NCBI GenBank assembly: GCA_046757525.1
Contig: JBHHYI010000045.1
Location: forward strand, 1 to 26,119
Source of the DNA: a bacterium
GTDB lineage: Bacteria; Zhuqueibacterota; Zhuqueibacteria; Oceanimicrobiales; Oceanimicrobiaceae
Reading direction: 5' to 3'
Length of the DNA: 26,119 nucleotides
The notes below the pieces were generated by a model that saw only the letters and a list, made by a program, of their open reading frames with translations, made no database searches and was not told the origin of the DNA. Of the stretch, positions 1 to 5,606 are shown piece by piece; the first letter of the stretch is position 1, and every line of letters starts with the position of its first letter. The translations under genes and the position numbers were made by a program.

Positions 1-632
1 TCGTGTTTTTTCGCCAGATGTAAGAACCATTGCAGAAAAACCAGGGCGTCTGTTTGTAACTTCTTGTCCCCCGCTTGCTTGGAGAATTTCACGACCTTTT
101 CATATTCCTTGCGAGCTTTAGAAATCTCGTTTTGAACGCGGAAATTACGCGCTTGGGCATAAGCCAGACAAGCTTTGGCGCGCCAGAGCAGCCTCTCATC
201 ATCCAGGTTTTCAATGAATTGGACCTGTCGCAACAAAAAAGTGTCCTCGACAACCTCAGCCAGCGCTTGTCCGATTCCCCGGCCCGAATCCAATTTGGCC
301 GCGGCAATTCGGTCCTGGTCGCGATGGCGGAAGAGGGTCGCTTGTTCGGATAAGCGCAAACCAATATTCACTAAAGGCGAGTAGTGCGCCTTCACCCACT
401 GCTTCAAGGTGTCTGGGTCGGAGTTGTGCCACAGATTTGACCACCGGGTTAGAGTCTTACGTTGACTCTTGTTCAGAGCAAACACGGCAAGACTGTCCGG
501 CGCAGTATTCCTCAATTCAACATAAGCATCGCGTTTCGGTGTGAAAATCGCAAACAGGAGAGCCGCGAGGCCAAGGAAGACCGCAGTGAGGAGCGCGAGC
601 CCTTTCCAACTTTTAGAGAGAACGATGCCCAT
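1..632 (-). CDS. Partial (3' end outside window) membrane-anchored or exported helical/TPR-like protein; possibly the N-terminus of a TPR-CHAT protein
   Basis: Not in ORF track. Manual translation from ATG at 632 is open to the window edge (210 codons): MGIVLSKSWKGLALLTAVFLGLAALLFAIFTPKRDAYVELRNTAPDSLAVFALNKSQRKTLTRWSNLWHNSDPDTLKQWVKAHYSPLVNIGLRLSEQ...ARKEYEKVVKFSKQAGDKKLQTDALVFLQWFLHLAKKH. Has an N-terminal hydrophobic helix and TPR-like amphipathic helices, and overlaps the upstream CDS by 20 nt. No CHAT motif is visible in the window. Confidence 0.85.
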   Translation of the reverse strand, partial: MGIVLSKSWKGLALLTAVFLGLAALLFAIFTPKRDAYVELRNTAPDSLAVFALNKSQRKTLTRWSNLWHNSDPDTLKQWVKAHYSPLVNIGLRLSEQATLFRHRDQDRIAAAKLDSGRGIGQALAEVVEDTFLLRQVQFIENLDDERLLWRAKACLAYAQARNFRVQNEISKARKEYEKVVKFSKQAGDKKLQTDALVFLQWFLHLAKKH

Positions 633-1482
633 TGCCAATATTGACAATTTGTTCTGTTAGTGAATGGTCATTAAATAGGCGGCTGACTACACCAGCGATT
701 TCGATGGCCTGGGCCAGGCGCCTTTTGGCGTCGGCGAACTGACCTGCCTGTTGCAGTTGCTTGCTTTGGCGGACGAGTTTGGTCCCGATGTTTTGCAACA
801 GACTGCGGTTGAGATATGCCACAGCTTCCAACTCGGCCTCGCTGTCGGATTGCAGCGCTGCTTGCCAAACTGTTAAAAACTGTTGCTCGTTCCGGTTCAG
901 TTGGTTCTCCTTGGACAGTCCCACGGTGTTGGACGCTCCTGGCTTATTTCGCTGCACCTGTCCCGGTAATAACAGGGCAACAAGCAAGGCCGCGAGGACG
1001 CCGAATGAAAGGAGCTTTAAGGCAAATTGAGCTATGCTGCCTGGTTTTGTTCTGTCCATTCGCAGGAATCTGCCGTAAGTGTTTTGCGCCTGACGCAATA
1101 CCTGTCTCCTCCGTCGGGCCAGCCAGCGCTCATGCACAAGGTGAAAATCCGGCATGAAGCGCGCCTGCACTTTTTTGATGCTGTCGTCCAACAAAGACAG
1201 CACCTCTTCTTTTTTCTTGGGATTGGCCCGTTGCAGTCTTGCAAAAGGCGCAGACCCTGGCAGCGGTGCCTCCTCTGTCCCCTTGGTTGACCGCCCGTGC
1301 GGCCATTGGAATTGCCACTCATGATCGTGTTGATCGATATGGCACAGGCTGCAGTAGGAACTCACCAGCGACTCGTATTGCTCTAATATTTCAGGGGTGA
1401 GTTGCCGTGCTGTTTCAACGTCACCCAATTCTCTATGATGTTTTAGTAGCCAATTGGTAAGCTCGGGATCCAGTCTCTGCAT
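613..1482 (-). CDS. Hypothetical single-pass membrane protein (N-terminal CxxCH/His cluster, TM helix, C-terminal helical module)
   Basis: 289-aa ORF with RBS AAAGGGAG before the ATG. TM segment FALKLLSFGVLAALLVALLLPG is preceded by an Arg-rich stretch. The C-terminal 88 aa align with the next gene. Confidence 0.85.
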   Translation of the reverse strand: MQRLDPELTNWLLKHHRELGDVETARQLTPEILEQYESLVSSYCSLCHIDQHDHEWQFQWPHGRSTKGTEEAPLPGSAPFARLQRANPKKKEEVLSLLDDSIKKVQARFMPDFHLVHERWLARRRRQVLRQAQNTYGRFLRMDRTKPGSIAQFALKLLSFGVLAALLVALLLPGQVQRNKPGASNTVGLSKENQLNRNEQQFLTVWQAALQSDSEAELEAVAYLNRSLLQNIGTKLVRQSKQLQQAGQFADAKRRLAQAIEIAGVVSRLFNDHSLTEQIVNIGNGHRSL

Positions 1483-1499
1483 AATTCTCCCTTTCCGGT

Positions 1500-2960
1500 T
1501 TAATTGACCTTAGCAGTCAGGCGTTGCCGCATAAAATGTCGGATCAGTGCGTCGAATTGGTGAGAAGCGCCGGAGCGGTCCATGGTGCAAGGGAAATGTG
1601 GGTCCTCTCTTGCCGGGACGAATGACTTTGCCTCTTCCCTGAAGCGGTATGGGTCGGTGTAGAAAATCTGCGTTTTGTGCTCTTCTTCCTTGCCTTCCTT
1701 ATTATAGGAGACTTCTTCAAAGGTTACAAACTGTGAAGGAATCTCATGCCGTTGTATCTTGCCGTCTTTATTGCGATCGATGGCATGCCGCTTGTTGATC
1801 ACGATTGTTGTTGTGGGATCGTAGTACAATTCTTCGTTATATTCGTCGGTTATGAGACCGTTTCTGACCGAGGACATGGCGTGGGCAAATTCATGCACCG
1901 GCGTCTTGCTGCGCGTGTCCCAGGCGGAATAAGCAATCAGTCCAGGCACTTCGGCACGCGGCCAATAATGACCGCGCAATTTGACCTTTTTGTCCGACAT
2001 CTCGAAATCGAAGTAGCCGACTGCCGAGGCTTCACCATGTTCCCGGTCAATGGTGTATTGGGAGGAAGAGCGCGTATGAGATGTGGAGGCCGTCACAGCG
2101 AACACCACATCGACCCGATTCAATTCCGGGTATTTGCGTTGGTAATTGGCAAGATAATTCAGCAACCGTTCCTCGATTTCGGTCTTGCCCTCTTCATTTT
2201 CTGAATAAACGCGTTGCCTGGGTTCGATGACCAGGTCGTAAGTGTCCTCTAAACAAAGGGCGTGGGCCTTCTGTTCTTCCAGGCTATTGACCTCTGCCAT
2301 GCCGGGGTCAAAAATAGCAATGAAACGCATTTTGGGCATAAATTCCTTTACGGTCTCGCTCTTCCATAAGCTGTCCAGGATGCAAGCTACCTTTAGTTTG
2401 AACAGATCAGGAAAATCCAGGATGGGGTCTCTTTTGTACCGTGGGGGCTGCGTGCCTAATTCGAGAATGGGATTGGCGAGAATGAGGATGGTGTAGGGAT
2501 CGTTGGCCTTGATGTTCTTGCCGTTGTCTTGTTGATTCAACAGCAGGACGGGTTCCCCCGGCGGCAAGCTCCCCTTGACGCGCACGTCACAAAAATTTGG
2601 ATGACCGAGAGCATTGTAGAGCCAACCTACGAGCAGGGTGAACAAATACCCGTTCATGAACCCCCAAATGCCACCTGTAATGCAGCCGTACAAAATATCC
2701 TGATTGGTGGGTTCAGCAGGAATATGGTAGCCTGGATAAATTGTACTAAAAAAATCGGTAATGAGCGTGGTAGTTTGAGATTTGGCCAAAAGTGTGGCGA
2801 GGACGACCCCCGCGGTCCAGATGATGCCACCCACCACGGCGAAATCGTACAAAGAGAGGGCTGGTCGATTTCTGGGCCGGAAAAGCAACTTGAGCTGCAT
2901 CCATCGACCTGATGGCAGGGTTCCTGACGGGATTTCTATCTGATATTTGGTTTTTTTCAC
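1500..2960 (-). CDS. Membrane-anchored zinc metallopeptidase, M64 (IgA peptidase)-like, with N-terminal two-TM domain and EF-hand-like loop
   Basis: GTG start with RBS GGAGGGAG. Contains HEFAH-x9-TDEY (cf. the M64 HExxH...DEY signature), a C-terminal PCTMD...F segment, two hydrophobic helices within aa ~35-118, and the loop DRNKDGKIQRHE. Confidence 0.75.
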   Translation of the reverse strand: MKKTKYQIEIPSGTLPSGRWMQLKLLFRPRNRPALSLYDFAVVGGIIWTAGVVLATLLAKSQTTTLITDFFSTIYPGYHIPAEPTNQDILYGCITGGIWGFMNGYLFTLLVGWLYNALGHPNFCDVRVKGSLPPGEPVLLLNQQDNGKNIKANDPYTILILANPILELGTQPPRYKRDPILDFPDLFKLKVACILDSLWKSETVKEFMPKMRFIAIFDPGMAEVNSLEEQKAHALCLEDTYDLVIEPRQRVYSENEEGKTEIEERLLNYLANYQRKYPELNRVDVVFAVTASTSHTRSSSQYTIDREHGEASAVGYFDFEMSDKKVKLRGHYWPRAEVPGLIAYSAWDTRSKTPVHEFAHAMSSVRNGLITDEYNEELYYDPTTTIVINKRHAIDRNKDGKIQRHEIPSQFVTFEEVSYNKEGKEEEHKTQIFYTDPYRFREEAKSFVPAREDPHFPCTMDRSGASHQFDALIRHFMRQRLTAKVN

Positions 2961-3005
2961 TGGCCGCTCCCTCCGGTTGAAATTAAATCAAAGACCGACC
3001 GTTTT

Positions 3006-4145
3006 TCACTCTTTCCCCGGTTTTAGAGTTGAAAGCTTTCTGCGGACCCAGTCGGCCCATTCAGATTGGGGGTCAATTTGCAGATACTGTTGGTAAGCTC
3101 GCCTGGCCGCTTCTGTCTGTCCAGTAAGCTCAAATATCCTGGCGCTGTTGTAGATGGCCTCAACAAAATCGGGCCGAATCTTCGAGGCGCGCTCGAAGGC
3201 CACCAAGGCACGGGTGCTGTCTTGCAGGCGGGCCGCGATCAAACCCAGCATATTCCAGGCCTGGTAATCTTGCGGATCCTGGGCGATCAGTAGTTTGAGC
3301 AGGCTGTCGGCTCGAGCAAGTCGTCCCTGGAAATAGGCGCTCGTGGCCAATCCCCGATAGGCAGCGTTGTCATTTTTGTCCCAATCTAATGCGGAGGAGA
3401 ATTGCTTTACGGCTTCGTTCGGCGCTTCCGAGGCTCCTGGCGCGTGGGTCACCGAGAAGATGCTCAGCGGAAAGCCACCGGATGGCCGCAAATCGTCGGT
3501 AGTGATCATCCAGTCCTGGCGTAACGCCTCAAAGCCGGCGTTGGTGTGTACCTCTGCGCGCCACTGCCGAAAGCGTCGCTGGCCAAACAGGACGATTGCA
3601 AAGATGACCACGACGACCGCTAATCCGGTGCCCGGCCTGAGCTGGATCGCTTCAAAAACGGTTTGCATGCCGCGTTTAAAAGCGCTCCAAATGCTGGTGG
3701 ACGCCAGGGATTGCTCGGGAAGGTCTGGCGGGCAGGCATCCAGGACGTTCTCCGCTATGGAGATAGGCGAGTAATCTGTCAGATCATCTTCCAGGTCCTG
3801 GCCAATGGGGCTAAAGGATTCTTCAAACACCGTCTCGACGTATTTCAAGCAGCGCGGACAGTGGCCAACATGCCCGGCAAAATTGGCCGCCTCCACCGCT
3901 TGGAGGGTCCCCTCATAGGTCCTATTGATGACTTCAGTCATCTCCATTCGTGACGGATGTTTGTCGACGTGGCTCGGTTTGGAATCTCCGGAGATGGTTT
4001 TGATCTCCTTCACGAAGTCGACCAATTCACGACATCTGTCGCATCGCTCTAAATGCTGTCTCGATTCTTCGGTTAACATCTCTGTCTCGGTGTGTTTTAA
4101 AAGTGACGCCAGAATACTTTTAGGAAAATGGTTCTGCTCTGACAT
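3006..4145 (-). CDS. Putative transmembrane anti-sigma factor: tandem zf-HC2 (ZAS) domains, TM helix, extracytoplasmic TPRs
   Basis: Start moved to ATG 4145 (MSEQNH, preceded by AAGGGA), which removes the overlap with the upstream gene. Motifs HLERCDRC and HVGHCPRC; TM GLAVVVVIFAIVLFG; TPR-like helices (AWNMLGLIA, AIYNSARIFE, YQQYLQIDPQSEW). Confidence 0.8.
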   Translation of the reverse strand: MSEQNHFPKSILASLLKHTETEMLTEESRQHLERCDRCRELVDFVKEIKTISGDSKPSHVDKHPSRMEMTEVINRTYEGTLQAVEAANFAGHVGHCPRCLKYVETVFEESFSPIGQDLEDDLTDYSPISIAENVLDACPPDLPEQSLASTSIWSAFKRGMQTVFEAIQLRPGTGLAVVVVIFAIVLFGQRRFRQWRAEVHTNAGFEALRQDWMITTDDLRPSGGFPLSIFSVTHAPGASEAPNEAVKQFSSALDWDKNDNAAYRGLATSAYFQGRLARADSLLKLLIAQDPQDYQAWNMLGLIAARLQDSTRALVAFERASKIRPDFVEAIYNSARIFELTGQTEAARRAYQQYLQIDPQSEWADWVRRKLSTLKPGKE

Positions 4146-4162
4146 TTCTGTCCCTTGCCCAA

Positions 4163-4546
4163 TCAATTCTTCACAAACAGGTAGTCGTTCCACTGTTTCA
4201 TAAAAGATAGCAGACATGGAAAGCAATTGTTGATGTGGTTGAACAACTGCCTGGAATACCTTTCAGGAAATTCACGCGTCATAAAAGCCAGGAATAGGGC
4301 GGCATTTTTTTTCAGCAAAGCGTCAGATTCGGTACAATCGCAATCCTGCAACATCCGTTTCATCATTTCATCATCTATTTTGGGTGGGTGGTTCATGAGG
4401 GAAACAAAATAATTGTAATGGTCTTGACAGCGCGTACATCTTTTGAGATGCTGTTGCGCGTCCGGATAGTCCTTCAAATCGGATTTCGATTCGATGAAAG
4501 CAGCAATCGCACCGAAAGAAAGGTGCTCAGCAGGTGCATTAATCAT
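4163..4546 (-). CDS. Small soluble protein with two zf-HC2 (ZAS) motifs; anti-sigma-like
   Basis: ATG 4546 follows RBS AAAGGGAG. Motifs H-x24-HLKRCTRC and HINNCFPC; no TM helix; lies directly downstream of the ECF sigma gene. Confidence 0.8.
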   Translation of the reverse strand: MINAPAEHLSFGAIAAFIESKSDLKDYPDAQQHLKRCTRCQDHYNYFVSLMNHPPKIDDEMMKRMLQDCDCTESDALLKKNAALFLAFMTREFPERYSRQLFNHINNCFPCLLSFMKQWNDYLFVKN

Positions 4547-4586
4547 GAAACTCCCTTTAGCTTTTCTCACACGAGCTATTTCCACT

Positions 4587-4602
4587 CAGGTCAAATGACC
4601 TG
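4587..4602. promoter_or_regulatory. Perfect dyad CAGGTCA-AA-TGACCTG, candidate operator
   Basis: 7-bp perfect inverted repeat with a 2-nt spacer (too tight for a full RNA hairpin loop), in the sigma-to-ZAS intergenic region. Confidence 0.4.
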
Positions 4603-4707
4603 TCCGGTGTTCAGCCCTCAGGCTGTTAATGGTTGAACCCCTGGACTTTCGTTCGACCTTATTTGACATGCCCCTTATTGCCTCAAAGGTTTTCTCATCC
4701 TATTAAA

Positions 4708-4737
4708 TTAGACACTCTTTAACGGCGAAAACTCTCA
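4708..4737 (-). promoter_or_regulatory. Candidate ECF-sigma-dependent promoter for the downstream genes
   Basis: Minus strand reads TGAGAGTT-N16-GTCTAA immediately after the sigma stop codon. The layout resembles sigmaE-type GGAACTT-N16-GTCTAA promoters; the -35 match is loose. Confidence 0.4.
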
Positions 4738-4738
4738 G

Positions 4739-5392
4739 TTAAGATAAACGATTTAGCAAATTTGACACGCGCGTGATCACATTCTCCACATTCCCATGCG
4801 TAATCCCCAGCAGTGGGATTTGTTCTACTTCTTTGGCCTGAAAACCACAAAAAATTCGCAATAAGAATACAAAAATATCCCGTTCGATGTAGTAAGCGCT
4901 TTTGTGCGTTCCTGAGAGGGCTGTTCTTAACTTGTTGATGAGGGCGTCAAACAAATCTTCGGCAACCTTTGGGTGATGGGTAAGGTATTCTTGCAACTGA
5001 CTATCAGACAAACCTTCGTTTTCGTTGACGTAATCGATCATGTACACATAAGCACAATTTCGACAGATCACATTCAGGAATTGGAAGAACTTGCCTTCGG
5101 TTTTTCGGCCACGGAAAGTTCTCAAGGCTCTAAAATCGTTTTTAATCAACCGCAAGGAAACCAGACTCGAGATGTCTTTGACGATGGCCACATCGTTGGA
5201 TTTATTCCAGCGCGTCAAGTACTTTCGAATGCGGGCCAGGATAGTTTTTCGGTATCGCCTTTCAAATTCGATCCAGGCTTCACGATAGCACTCATGATTC
5301 CGTTCCACACAAATGGTTAGCAGTGCGTCGAAATCAACATTGGACACATCCAGAGCAGAGATGAGAAAAAACCCGGGTATTAGAAAGTTCAT
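4739..5392 (-). CDS. ECF-type (sigma70 family) RNA polymerase sigma factor, divergent
   Basis: Region 2-like AWIEFERRYRKTILARIRKYL...DFRALRTFRG...KFFQFLNVICRN and region 4.2 HTH-like ERDIFVFLLRIFCGFQAKEVEQIPLLGITHGNVENVITRV. 217 aa, followed by ZAS genes. Exact start uncertain. Confidence 0.8.
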   Translation of the reverse strand: MNFLIPGFFLISALDVSNVDFDALLTICVERNHECYREAWIEFERRYRKTILARIRKYLTRWNKSNDVAIVKDISSLVSLRLIKNDFRALRTFRGRKTEGKFFQFLNVICRNCAYVYMIDYVNENEGLSDSQLQEYLTHHPKVAEDLFDALINKLRTALSGTHKSAYYIERDIFVFLLRIFCGFQAKEVEQIPLLGITHGNVENVITRVSNLLNRLS

Positions 5393-5468
5393 AGTTGAGT
5401 AGATCGATCCCTCGGCGTGGAGTTATGATTCTGAGCACCAAATTCTGCACGCAGCCTGTACTTGAAAA

Positions 5469-5497
5469 ATTATACAAATTTGTAACCTAATTGTCAA
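5469..5497 (-). promoter_or_regulatory. Consensus sigma70 promoter of the ECF sigma operon
   Basis: Minus strand TTGACA (5497-5492), 17-nt spacer, TATAAT (5474-5469). The palindrome TACAAATTTGTA (5473-5484) overlaps it. Confidence 0.85.
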
Positions 5498-5606
5498 GGG
5501 ATACTCGTTAGATTTCGAAAGGAAGACGTCTTGCCCTGCCTTGCGTAAGAACCAACCGTGCTGCTGCGTTCAGTGACAGGGCGCGAAGACCCGAACCCTG
5601 GTGGCG

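Noticed and set aside
613..632. Possible frameshift joining the 289-aa gene to the next ORF
   Set aside because: The downstream frame has its own ATG and hydrophobic leader and repeats the same module, so two overlapping genes fit better.
75..644. Short track ORFs (75-353 +, 89-364 -, 175-384 +, 256-444 -, 462-644 +)
   Set aside because: Shadows or alternate frames of the open minus-strand CDS starting at 632.
1339..1353. c-type cytochrome call from CSLCH
   Set aside because: No export signal precedes it and the motif is predicted cytoplasmic.
2607..2858. Prophage lysis cassette suggested by the holin-like domain
   Set aside because: No endolysin, structural, integrase or other phage genes in the window; the domain is fused to a protease.
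4146..4226. Track N-terminal extension of the ZAS-TPR gene overlapping the upstream gene
   Set aside because: ATG 4145 has an RBS-like sequence, removes the overlap and places the ZAS domain at the N-terminus.
4555..4588. Selenocysteine readthrough at the in-frame TGA
   Set aside because: No convincing SECIS-like hairpin or redox motif context, and the downstream ATG has its own strong RBS.
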